This document shows positions 11,796 to 23,096 of a stretch of DNA of 64,000 bases, piece by piece. Position 1 is the first letter of the stretch. Every line of letters starts with the position of its first letter. Below the pieces are notes generated by a model, which saw nothing but the letters and a program-made list of their open reading frames with translations, was not told where the DNA came from and made no database searches. The DNA comes from Tubiluchus corallicola (Eukaryota > Animalia > Priapulida). The DNA lies in the NCBI GenBank assembly GCA_030141605.1, contig JAQGDQ010000025.1, forward strand, positions 292,907 to 356,906, written 5' to 3'. The translations under genes and the position numbers were made by a program.

Positions 11796-13670
11796 ATGGC
11801 TGAATCTGTTGACGCTGTCAAATGTACTGACAAGTCTATTAAATGTGAAGAAGTGGCTGACCAGTTGACACAGTTAGTACATTCTCTTGAAAACAATGAC
11901 GGCAATAATGACCAGTTGCAACAATCAAGTGCTGGTGATGATCTTGCTAATGCGCTGCTATCACAATCTACGTCGAAAGAAAATATTGAAAATGATGGCG
12001 AAAATATTGAAAGGCTTGGCAGCGATCAAACTATTCTCAGAGAAGGGGAGCCAGGAAAACACATTAAAAACCAACGACGGCGTGTCAGTTGCAAATTGTG
12101 CAAAAATCGTAGGCCAACTCTTAAGCTGAGAGACAATGGGCAAATGCTTTGTGACCGGTGCTACATCAGACAATGTGCTGCAAACTCTGGCCCGAATGGC
12201 AGTAGAGATCTCGCAAAGGCCTTTGCAAGAATATCAGTTGCTGGAAAAGGTGCGCGAATGATATGTGGTGTTTGTCGACGTAGGCAATCGACTTCAAAGC
12301 CGAGGGCGAATGGGGAGATTCTGTGCAATCATTGTGCTTATAATGCATTGCTGGCACGGTCAAGTGATGGCAGCTCAACTGGTCTGTCGTCCGTTAACCA
12401 GAGTGCTACAAATTCCTTACTGTCACAGTCTGCAGACGACGCTTCTAGTAAGAGTTTGGCTGAGTTAGTACAAACTCTTAGTGAAGACGCCGTTACTAGT
12501 ATATTAGCAAAGTCAGGCATTCAAGGTACGCCAACACTTTTACCTCAGTCTGTTGAAGGTGATTGTCAGAATGTTGAAGATCTGCCTTTTATGCGCAAAA
12601 GAAGACGCAGGCTCCCTAGAGCCAGTTGTGAATCGTGTAAAACACGGAAGCAAACATTGAAAGTGCGCGAAAACGGGCGCACTATTTGTGACTCTTGTGC
12701 TAGAAAATTAAACCTTGAACCTTTCACAGGCAACACTACAGCTATTGGCAATTTTAATTTAAAATCTGATCCAGAAGCTGGTTCCAAGCTAAATCGCGTA
12801 ACTTGCAAGGCTTGTAAAAACCGTAAATTAACTTTGAAACTCAGGGAAAATGGTGAGATCTTGTGTGATCTCTGCGCTGGCAAGATGGCATTACCAGCAA
12901 CATTTACAGAGAAGATTCAGGTTCAGAAGGATCCAATTTCAGAAAGTGATTTAGAGAAGCCAGCAAGCCGTTTGGAAAAATTAGCAGCAAGCGGAAGATG
13001 TAGGGTGAGCTGCAAAATTTGCAAAAACCGGAAATCAACTCTGAAATTAAGAGAAAATGGGCTGATGCTTTGTGATCGCTGTCACCAAAAAAAATCAGGT
13101 GGCACAGCTTTAGAAATCATGGCCAAGAAGACTAAAAAAAGCGAGAAACAAAAATCCGAAAAAAATGGTCCTATCTTTCCGCCTAGATCAGTAAGATCAC
13201 TGGTAGTGTTAGCCAAGAAAGTGTGCACTTTATGTAAAAAACCTCAATCAGATGTTATGCACCTTGGAGGAGATGGTGAAACTTTGTGTGACCAGTGCTT
13301 CGGTAGTGCAAATGAAGTGTCATTGTGTGCTACTGGTACTCAGAGTGGCCGAGAACAGAGCATCGGAGATATGACTCGCGATGAATTTACATTATTGATG
13401 AGCAGCACCATTGCTCAGCACATGGACAATTATTATAAATATTTAAATGCTAGGATAGATGAAATGTTGATGCCAGTTAAAACCGATGTCGCTCAGCTGA
13501 TGACCAATTGTCAACAGCTAGAAGCTGAGAATCAGAAGCTGAAAGAGACCGTTGCAATTTTAATGCAAGCGCAAGGTGAAAAGCAGGCAAAAACATCCAA
13601 TTTTCTTGATCCTGATTTGACAGAATCATTGGAAAGAAATGAAAATGATGGTAGTAACCATCTTGGTTAG
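11796..13670 (+). CDS. Uncharacterised 624-aa protein with six GATA-like C-x2-C-x16/17-C-x2-C zinc fingers and a C-terminal coiled coil
   Basis: 1.9-kb uninterrupted ORF. Splice acceptor TTGTTGCAG| at 11720, in-frame TAG at 11766, first ATG at 11796 (ATAATGG), AATAAA at 13797. Six Cys4 repeats such as CKLCKNRRPTLKLRDNGQMLCDRC. Confidence 0.85.
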   Translation: MAESVDAVKCTDKSIKCEEVADQLTQLVHSLENNDGNNDQLQQSSAGDDLANALLSQSTSKENIENDGENIERLGSDQTILREGEPGKHIKNQRRRVSCKLCKNRRPTLKLRDNGQMLCDRCYIRQCAANSGPNGSRDLAKAFARISVAGKGARMICGVCRRRQSTSKPRANGEILCNHCAYNALLARSSDGSSTGLSSVNQSATNSLLSQSADDASSKSLAELVQTLSEDAVTSILAKSGIQGTPTLLPQSVEGDCQNVEDLPFMRKRRRRLPRASCESCKTRKQTLKVRENGRTICDSCARKLNLEPFTGNTTAIGNFNLKSDPEAGSKLNRVTCKACKNRKLTLKLRENGEILCDLCAGKMALPATFTEKIQVQKDPISESDLEKPASRLEKLAASGRCRVSCKICKNRKSTLKLRENGLMLCDRCHQKKSGGTALEIMAKKTKKSEKQKSEKNGPIFPPRSVRSLVVLAKKVCTLCKKPQSDVMHLGGDGETLCDQCFGSANEVSLCATGTQSGREQSIGDMTRDEFTLLMSSTIAQHMDNYYKYLNARIDEMLMPVKTDVAQLMTNCQQLEAENQKLKETVAILMQAQGEKQAKTSNFLDPDLTESLERNENDGSNHLG

Positions 13671-13815
13671 AAGAACTTTATAGAGATTTTGTGAAAAAGC
13701 AACTAAAGCTAACTAGTCATTATTTTAGTATATTACACAGTAACATTTGCACACACTATATACAGATAACTATTTTGCTTAATAGGACGAATACGTAATA
13801 AATGAATTTGTACTA

Positions 13816-14217
13816 CAGTCAAACCTCTTTATACCTTTCACTTCGGCACCAGAAAAAAATTGTCATAACGAGCTGTGTTAAATTTTGTCATAGATGAATC
13901 ACAATCACAAAGTGTACTCGGTTTAGAGTTCTCGCATTTCACACTAAAGCTTAATGAATTAAAAGACAATTATTAAGTTAAACATTTGTGAATTAATGAC
14001 TCGCAATGATCAATCAATTTTATCAAGAACATTTTGTTTACATAATAAACGTGTCATGTACTCAATTATATAATTATATATAAAAATACATTAAGTTATA
14101 ACTACAAAATTAAAATTTTATGTACATGTGAATACTGCCGATTCGTTCCTTGCTGTTTTGCTTGTGGCAAATGAGTTTGATGGTAGAGCAGGGTGTTGGT
14201 ATAAAGTGGTTCGACTG
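13816..14217. mobile_element. Tc1/mariner (pogo/Tigger-like) MITE
   Basis: TA|CAGTCAAACCTCTTTATACC ... GGTATAAAGTGGTTCGACTG|TA: 20-bp TIRs with 2 mismatches and a TA TSD. Confidence 0.85.
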
Positions 14218-15639
14218 TACAAGTGATAATAGTTCAATAACTCATGTAAATTATTAGTTGCTATTGCCATCTGTTGGAGAAATAGCAAAGCTTGAAACAG
14301 GCAAGTATAAATTTGTGGTTATTGCTGATCACTAAAAATTTTCGACATTTAATTCGCATCTTCAAGATGATGACTGTTGATGATATTAAAACTGGTTTTG
14401 TGACATTTATTCTTCCATATAAAACTAAGTGTGTACTTTTTTGCATAGCTGTCTTGTAATGGATTTTTATTAGTTAATTACATTATATAGTTGTAAATAA
14501 AACTTGTACAATATTTACTAATGTCCATAGTAGTGCAGTTGCTGTGTTGCTGTTTATGGCCAAATGTAGACACCATTCTTGAACTCAATTTTAACTTGAA
14601 TATAAATAGTAGTAGAGGTGACATGTTGTCAGAAATGAAAGGATTTGTATGGAGACTGTAAATTTCAAATATTCTCAATTAATTGTTCACAAAGAATTTG
14701 AAAAATAAAATACCAGATGCATATGGAAGCATTTTTATTTTTGTTACTGATGTTCAGTGTACCATATTAACGATTAACAGCGGGCAAATGGAAGTATAAA
14801 ATTATTGGATTTTTCCCTTCTCCAGAGTCCAGTTGTGAAACTTCTTGGTGGTGTGTTTATAGTTTTACCCGCCAGTAGCCACATAAGCATTTCCGACCAC
14901 AATTGTTTGTTATTTGCTAACATTTTGGAAAAAATGGTGCTTCCAGAGTGTGTACTGACGTAAATTCTATAAATTTGCAAATTTATTATGGATTCCTATA
15001 AACTGGCTATGAAGGAATGTTGTTTAACAAAATATGCCACTAAATATTACCTGAAAGATCTACAAGGGCGACAATAAAACATAATTTAATTTCAGACACA
15101 ACTAATTGTTAACCTGTCAATAACCTGTTAACCAAATTTATCTTAAAGAATTTGAAAGTGCTAGGCCTGTGTATTTTGTTTATCAATAACCTTTTTTACG
15201 TGGTGAAACTTAGTGTTGCACGATAATTTATAAAGAGAATAGAACTGAAAGTAATTTCGTTGCGACCAACTGACACCAACTTATTTTAATCTGAATTTGC
15301 ATCGATTTACTTTTTGAGTTAACCTGTTGTGTAACCAGTGTTTCCTTTTACATAGAACGAGATGGCAAGACTAAAAAGTACCTGGGTTAATAACATGGGG
15401 CGGGGGGGGGGGGCAAAAATGGGAACGGAAATTAGTTCGGGAATAAACCAAGAAACAGTTTCGAGTGATGTCCACAGAGAGGCAAGGCGTTCGAGAGAAG
15501 AATCAACTTTCAGCGGAACTGTTAGACATTTGGCGGTCTTATAACAGTTTATAAGATCAACAGTTTCGAGCTATTCGAGAGGTGTTAATACGCATTCAGA
15601 CGTAGTCTTCTCTCGCAACTCTATAAGTTCTATAGTGCA

Positions 15640-15775
15640 GCATGGTAAGTTATCAGTTTGGCAATGTAGCAGTCCGGCGTTTTGGTAACGTGGCAGTTTT
15701 GTGCCATATGACATTTGCAACGTGGCAGTTTAGCGGCGTGGCACTTTGGAAGTTTGCCAGCGTTGTGTTTCACGC
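15640..15775. repeat. Degenerate short tandem repeats (TGGCAGTTT-like), probably the subterminal array of a DNA element
   Basis: Repeated TTTGGCAA/CGTGGCAGTTT units. Confidence 0.5.
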
Positions 15776-17354
15776 GTTTAGAAACGCCATAGTTTGGACA
15801 AAATGACAAAGTTGTGTGAAGGTAAAGAGGGAAAGGGGGAATGGGCGAAGCTAAGTGGTGGGGTGAGTTAATATCAACGTCAATCTTGTGGCACGTCAAT
15901 AATATGAAACGTTCAGCCTTTGGTGGCGGAACTTGCCCTTACGTTAAATGGTCTGTTAACTACATTATACACTTAATACTAGTAGGCTAATAAATTACTT
16001 AAAAACAAAATAACGAGTTGTACGTATTCAGAATAAAAGGTGAATTACAGGTTCCTTTACACTGTTCGTCAATGTACAGACAAGGTTACCGACATGTCTG
16101 CAAAGAAAAAGTAAACCATCACCAATATTTTTCATTTCAGTGAAAAAGTATATCTGAAATTATTTGCGTGTTTGCTTAGTAGAAACATAAGCCATTAATT
16201 TTGTGTCTTGTGAAAATCACGATTTTTTTAGTAAAACTTAATAATATAATTTTGTTTGTGGCTGTATTATATACATGCCATTATGAGTATTTTGTTTTTT
16301 AGACATTTTCGTTTTTCTATGTTATAATTACGTGGATCATTGTTTCACTTATTTGGAAATCTCTTAAATTTGGCGGCCAACCTAGAAGCTTTTCAGGGAA
16401 ATTCTCTCAGGTCCTTTCCCAATCCCACCTTGTGTAATTACTTCTCGTACGCCTATGTGAATTACCATTTACTAATTTAACTATAACATAGTCGAGATAG
16501 CGTAAGATGGCTGAAAATAAAATTTCGTTTTACGTACGCGAGTACTATATAGTCCTATCCTAGATATTTGAATTCTACGAGCTTATTGGTTGATGTTCTA
16601 CGAGCGTGTTGCACGTATTTGTGGAAGCGAAAATTGAAGTATAGTGGTAATGTAAGATATTCAGTGTTCTAAGGCATGTTTTAAGATAAAAATTTAAATT
16701 TCAAATTTACAGCTGTGCTTGCGCATGAACCCTCGAACGTGAGTAGTTCGTCAGAAACTAACACGTCTGTTACTGAGAGTTACAATACTTGTTTTGTATA
16801 ATGCGTTTTCGAAACTAACTAGCAAATGATGAAATGCATGTAAGAGCAAAGAATTAGTGGCGCGAATGCGAAGTTGTATTTGTGTGGTAATAATTCTTTC
16901 ACGTAAGTCATTTTTGGAAAAATAGTGTGTTCCTTTTCAATATTTTAAAGAGTAGATTGTTTTAACCTACAGTTTAAGATTTGGTTCGGGTTTGCTTTAA
17001 AGTTATAATACAGTTTTTTCACCTGTACATTTCGTTTTTGCACTGACGCATTTTGCCTCCAATCATGTGTGAATGTCAAATAAAGATGTTTCATTACTGC
17101 TTACTTACTTACTTCCAGGTGATAGACATGCACATGCAGGTGAGTGAGTGTTGATGTTCAATTAGTTTTGTTACTTTCCTATGTACTTTCATATTATTTA
17201 GTATTGTTTATTTGTCTAAACTCCGGAAAAGACAGCCGAACAAATATTACAATTATTTTGACTAGTCTTATTTCGCTGACCTGAACTGTGTAGTTGTAGT
17301 AACAGTAGCGTTTATGTTTAGTCAGATTTATAGTCGATGCCTACACATACGAAT

Positions 17355-17485
17355 GATGGCAAAAATGGCACAGGAAAAATGGCACAGGAAAAATTGTACA
17401 GAAAAATGGTACAAATGGAAAAGTAGGTAAAAATAGCACAGAAAAAATAGAACAAGAAAAAATGGCGGAGGAAAAAACAGCACAC
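17355..17485. repeat. Degenerate AAAAATGGCACAGG-type tandem repeat
   Basis: About 8 imperfect 13-14-bp units seen directly. Confidence 0.75.
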
Positions 17486-19593
17486 TTAGCAATGTAAATT
17501 ATGCTAAGGTTAAGGGTAAGGTTACTGTTGGGTGTAGTTATTTTTACCTCTGCCGAGGAAGTTTAGTAATTCTTTTTTATTATCTCCTCCTGGACATACA
17601 ACTGTGAGTTAGTTTCAGGTTCCATTTCGAGAAAATCTCGCCTGTACAACTATGCAACCATGTCTATAACTTTTGCTCATTAATGCTTATAGCCTTATAA
17701 GATGACCTGGTACGTATATAATTGTCAGTCTATTACCGCCACTAAAATTAATGGTGAAAAGGTAAGTAAACACTATGTGGAATATAATTTGGCGCCTACT
17801 AATGAGACCGTTTACATCTAACAAAATTGTGAATAATAAACATTTAATAAACCACTGAGGTTGTGAGGTTGTCAATTGTCATCAATATTATCACTTTGGC
17901 CATCTAATACCGAACTTGTTCAATGAACCATAGGACTCGGTTGCGCTGTTCAGGATTAGGTCGAAAAGGTGCGCCGCATTGAGTCAAAACTTTCTGCTAG
18001 TGCCACGTGACAGAATAATATAATAATAAGTATCGCGATAAATATACCTTAATAAACATTAGATTGTAAGGTTGGAGTTTACCAGTTGTGTAACTCGGTG
18101 GGGAGCAGTTAATTTTATTGCAGTGCGAGCAGTAAGTGACTGCTCTCTTCAATGCTTACTAATAGTAATACTAGTATAAAGTTTACACTTTTACTTTTAG
18201 TAATAGGTAATAGTAGTTTTACTTTAAGTTTTACTAATAATAATAAATATGATACTTTATTAATTAGCCAAAATCGATGCCGATTTTTATGGCTATAGAG
18301 GGCCCATGCCACGAGCAAGCAGTTCAGTGTAGAAATTAGAAACGTGTAGTAGATTTCATAAACTTGCATGAGGGATATTGGCTTCTAAAGCATTGCTATC
18401 TTGAAGCCCTTATTAATCACTTTAATTTTAGTGTAGTTATACATTTATACAAAGTTTAGAGATAACTATAATAATAATGCTAAGGCCACGGACTCGGAAT
18501 GCTACAACTGTAGTATAAATGATTTTGTTTTCCCTTGCCGTTATCGACCCACAGTAATACTGTGACAGTGTTAGTATAATATGTATAAAAATACATATGT
18601 GTGCTGGCTTCTACTTAGTATCATCGCAAGCAGGACCAACTCACCCTCCCAATTTTTTTAGTTAAATTTTTAACCATTTTTGTGTTATATCAGTCACAGT
18701 GTAATGAAAGCAGGTTAGAATGTGGAGGTAATCATTCACCAAAGAATTTAGTTACTTGATATTTTCTTTAGCTATTCTGACTAAATTTGTGTTTTTGGCT
18801 AAAGATTATATAAGCCAACCAGGCCCTGGTCTTATACCTACCATGGTTGGCATATGCAAGATTATGTGTGCAGTTTTATAATATATAGCCTATATAGTAC
18901 TATACAGGCTACACAAAACATAGAAAGATATTTCACAACCAGTTTTTGGAGTAAAAAGGTATTTAAATTTAGTCCAATGGCAAATATGCACAATATTTAA
19001 GAATCTGGAATGTTAATTTTTTTCACCCAGTGGTTTTAAAGTTTTATGGGTCTACAGCTTAGAAGCACCTCCTAGCCTCATTCGAACATTGACTAGAAGT
19101 CTCAAGACAAGTCTACCGAAGGACTTTAATTAATCTATATTCTGAATGTGGTAAAAAATATCAACCATTTTACCATTTGAATCTATATGCTTTTCGCTGA
19201 CTGAAGTTGTGCGCAAAACTTTAACGTTCTACACGTTAAGAACTGGCAAACGTTATCTATGAAATCAATTATCTATGAAAACAATTGGTGATATAACAAA
19301 AAGATATATACATAGAAATAAAAGATGCTGTACATACTCGTATGTATATGCTAAGATAACGTTATGGTTGATCATTCAGTATGCCATTGGATTTTAGCCA
19401 CCTGTTTTAATTGATCTATTAGAACAACTATCCGTTTTTCTGCCTGCCTGTCTGTCTGTCTGTCTATACGCTGTTTGTCTTTTGTTTTGTGTTTCAGCAT
19501 TACACTATCAGTCACATCTAATGCGCTTGTTTCTATGGTATACTATTTTTAAAAAGAACATGCAGTATGACATTATGCCAAGGCTGAACATAT

Positions 19594-19979
19594 TGTACTG
19601 CAGGGCTGTGATGAGATAGTGTAATACTGGCAGGAGAATACAGCAGACTTCTCAGGTGTGCGTGTGAACGTGGCTTTAACTAGCACATAGACGCTTATTC
19701 TGACCTTGTGTTAGTGGGAGCCACTAGTCACGTGCACACCTGAGCTTATAAAAAGGGTAGGTCTGCTGTAGATCCTTGTCAGTGGTCAGTGGTTGCTTCA
19801 TCTCATCCCAGCTCTGTTCGCACGTCTCCATTCGGTAAGCCATTTGAAACTTTTCTTTTTCTGATAATAAATCGTCATTTTTATTTTATTCATTTTCGTT
19901 TTTTGTCTTGGAGTCATGCCGCACAGTGTAGGCCGCGGTGCCATCCGTTCTGCCTCCACTAAAAGTGGAGAGCAGTCCA
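19594..19979 (+). repeat. 5' LTR (TATA box TATAAAAA at ~19747, AATAAA at 19866)
   Basis: Base-for-base match to 23097..23482 on reading. Confidence 0.97.
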
Positions 19980-19980
19980 C

Positions 19981-20001
19981 TGGTGTCAGAACAAGTGGGA
20001 T
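19981..20001 (+). promoter_or_regulatory. Primer-binding site complementary to the tRNA-Leu 3' end, with a 3-nt insertion
   Basis: TGGTGTCAGAA-caa-GTGGGAT versus the tRNA-Leu PBS TGGTGTCAGAAGTGGGAT; starts 1 nt after the LTR end. Confidence 0.85.
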
Positions 20002-20965
20002 GTTACCCTCATCTGGGCATTCCGATTATTGTACTGCGGTTGATGTTGACTTAGAACGGTTACAACACCGTCAGCTTGCCGATTTTCTATTAGAACAGAG
20101 TGTGTATTCTTCTAATGGTCAAGAATTAAGGGGCACTGCCTTAGATTCTACGGAACATTGCTATAATTTTGATGTTAGTTGTACTAATAATGAGGATGTA
20201 CTGTCGATCTGTGCTTGTAATACAACTAATCCGTTTGTTACTTGCCCTGTGCATAACCTTTGTACTGAAAAGCATGCAGCGAAGCCACCTGAATGTTCAA
20301 GTAGGCAAAGCCAAGGTCAGCTACCTTTGCTACCTGCTACTTCACAACATTCCGCTTCCCAGCCTAGCGCGAGTACTTGGGGCATGTCTAATATTGATTT
20401 TCTTTCAGGGCACGCGGCTAGCGATCCAAATGCAGCATTGGGCACGCGAGTTAGTCCAAGTAATCAAAATTTTGGGCAAAATTTCGCGTCAGATACTTAT
20501 CAAATCAGACAACAGTTGTCTAGTATTTCTGAGAGTTTTCAAGACCTGAGAAATGTGGTTGCTACGCTGCCTCAGGCAATTTCCAGTGCCATTTTGGATT
20601 TTACCGCATGTCGCGAACCAGAGACGCCTACAACAGGTGGTATTTTGGCAAAGAAGCCTCTTTTGGGTTCTACCCCTGTAATGGCGAATACTGACACTGC
20701 TGACGTGCAGCATCAAAATCAAGGGTCTAGCCAGATTCAAAATGGTCCTTCTGGCTCTACCCCGCGTGTACGTTTTGAAACTGGCCTAAGCAATCTAGAC
20801 CAGTCTTTCGAGCCCATTTTGCGGACTTCCGGTTGTTCTACTGCACAAACAGGTTTGGCAACCAGCACCGTGGCACAAAATGCCGATAATGCTGCTGCAA
20901 ACATGGCGAGTGACATCAGCATGGGGCGGCTCGGTGAAAAGGCACTCCGAGGTCTACCATTCTAG
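20000..20965 (+). CDS. Truncated Gag-like ORF (N-terminal low-complexity/coiled-coil portion)
   Basis: ATG overlaps the PBS end, and the frame is also open from ATG 19916 in U5. S/T/Q/P-rich with a short heptad segment; no CCHC knuckle. Called Gag from position only. Confidence 0.55.
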   Translation: MLPSSGHSDYCTAVDVDLERLQHRQLADFLLEQSVYSSNGQELRGTALDSTEHCYNFDVSCTNNEDVLSICACNTTNPFVTCPVHNLCTEKHAAKPPECSSRQSQGQLPLLPATSQHSASQPSASTWGMSNIDFLSGHAASDPNAALGTRVSPSNQNFGQNFASDTYQIRQQLSSISESFQDLRNVVATLPQAISSAILDFTACREPETPTTGGILAKKPLLGSTPVMANTDTADVQHQNQGSSQIQNGPSGSTPRVRFETGLSNLDQSFEPILRTSGCSTAQTGLATSTVAQNADNAAANMASDISMGRLGEKALRGLPF

Positions 20966-21296
20966 GAGCAATGTTGAGTGTAATCTTGAGATAAACAATA
21001 GAAAAACTGTTGATAGACAACCCAAATCGTTTCAATCCGATCATAATGTAACCTCACAACCTACGTTACCGGATCCTGTTCTCTCTCCAACTTCTATTAA
21101 TCCCGTTCTCGTATCAAGCGAGACCCATTCTAGCACACCTCTAACCTTTTTGGAAGCCAATGCAGCCGTTGACGTCCAGTTGCCGTCCAGTCCTCCCCGA
21201 CCTTACCCCCGCAGATCAAGACAACCTACAACCCACTATGGAAACTTCATCTATGAAGACCCTACTGCACATCGAATACGCAATTCCGAGACTTGA
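20966..21296 (+). pseudogene. Remnant of the Gypsy Pol C-terminal tail
   Basis: ORF 20880..21296 ends PPRPYPRRSRQPTTHYGNF, resembling the R-x-P-x-R-x-R-x-x-P-x-x-Y tail that follows integrase in many Gypsy elements. Confidence 0.5.
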
Positions 21297-23096
21297 GAAA
21301 TGAAATGCTAGAAGAGTTCTCTCATCTTAACCCTCACTTTACAAGCAGGAAAATGCTCGAGTTTAGATGTACTCATAGAATTACTTACGCGAAACATTTT
21401 CGTAATTCCAGCAACTATTCTATGTGACACATCCGAATTAACACTTAAGAATGGAGTTGTAACTACTTACACATGTCAAATTCGAAAATACGTGACTAGA
21501 TGCTTATTTAACTCGAATTATGTAACTTACTTAATGAGCATGTTTAGAAATGTTAAAATTTTTAATTTTTTCGCAGCTGAGGAACCAAGAATTGAACACA
21601 TTTCGTTTGCTGTATATTGATTACCTCATGTCAATGATGTCATCATTATTTTTGTCGTATTTTGTGAAAAATGGAATTTTCACTCTTCTTTAAGGAGAGG
21701 AGGAGAGGCGAATATATTAGTTTTTGTTCTATGTTTTCAAGTGGCCGTATTGGAAATCAACTGTGTATTCTTTAATTAAATTTTGAATTTTTTTTTCTTG
21801 AATGGAATTTAAAAAATATTTGTTCTGTAAATAGTTATTGCAAATTGTCATTTGTTCTAGCATTAATCGAGAGATAAATGGCAGAACAAACATTTTATTT
21901 TTGCTAAACAATTACTGTTTGTTTAGAGTGTTTCATCTAAGATGTACGAGTAGATAGTCGTGATCGAAATTCTCAATTTCGTTGTCTTAAGTCAACCGAT
22001 TCCAGTTGATGACTAGTTCTAATTAGTCTTTTTCGATAATTGACGTTTTGTTGTTGTTGCTTTCGTTCTTCGAGGTCCTATTTCTAGCTTCGCGACAAAG
22101 CCTTGTCCGTTGGCTACCATGTGAACAGAGCGACTTTGACCACTGACCAGCCCTCGGTTGCGTAAGTTAATCGAACACGGTAAGGTGTTAAATTTTTTTT
22201 TAGAAGTTAAGTTGTCAGCATTGTTATTGCTTATCAAAGATGTCGATTTATTTAAAGATAAAGTCGCATATAACTTTTTGTTTTTGTTTCCCGCTATGAA
22301 TATAGTTGGTGTAAGCAGATTTACTACCTTTTTTCTGTTGTACAGCACAGCTATTTTGGAAATTTATGGAGAGTCGACGTTTTTCGCCATAGGAGCCAAT
22401 ACTTAAGCTCAATAAATCTTATGCTAGGTCTACAGTGGAAATTCACTTGAACTAACTGTATGCTTGACATGAGTACTAGCGTTAATCTTTTCCAGGCAAG
22501 CTCTACCAACCCAGGTGTTACACCCGTGGTATCGGATGCGTTGTTGCTTGACTAAGGGCTAGTCCACACTTCACACCTTACTTGCATTTGCTTATTGAGA
22601 CATAATTGGTACTGGTGAATCATTAAGAATTGCAGATCGTGCGGATTATTTACGCTACGTTACGTTTATTTACGGATAGCGGATGATATCTGATTACATT
22701 TATTTCGTTCATTTTTGCATTCTTACGTAGACATACTTAGGCATATTTAGTTGGAAGTTTTTTTAAGTCGACTCGCCGTTATATAAAAATTGTTGTTACT
22801 AGAAATGTAATGTTTAACTTTAATTTATTCATACAAGAAATCTGACGTTGTTTTCATCTTTTAATTTGTAATTCTTTAGGCGTTATGCACTAGCTCATGT
22901 TGTTTTGTAGAATTGCCAGTCTTTGCAAAATATTTCGGTGATTCTATTTGATTAATGAAAGGAAACACTTTTTGTATTGTTGATTAGCAGTGCTCAAACT
23001 TGCTTTCTGGTCTGTGTGGGTGGCTGTTCTTCTCCCTCCCGATGGAAGACTAGATCTTCAAAGAAGGGACTTCTTTGTCTGGAGGAAGGGGGACAG

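Noticed and set aside
19594-19979. Retrozyme (hammerhead ribozyme in the LTR), suggested by LTR size, 4-bp TSD and lack of enzymes
   Set aside because: No intact CUGAnGA...GAAA core with flanking stems; only GTGATGAG and CTGATAA, which do not assemble into a hammerhead. An Infernal search would be definitive.
23043-23053. TGGAAGACTAG equals the first 11 nt of miR-7
   Set aside because: The match stops at nt 11, there is no pre-miRNA hairpin in the right register, and it lies inside the retroelement.
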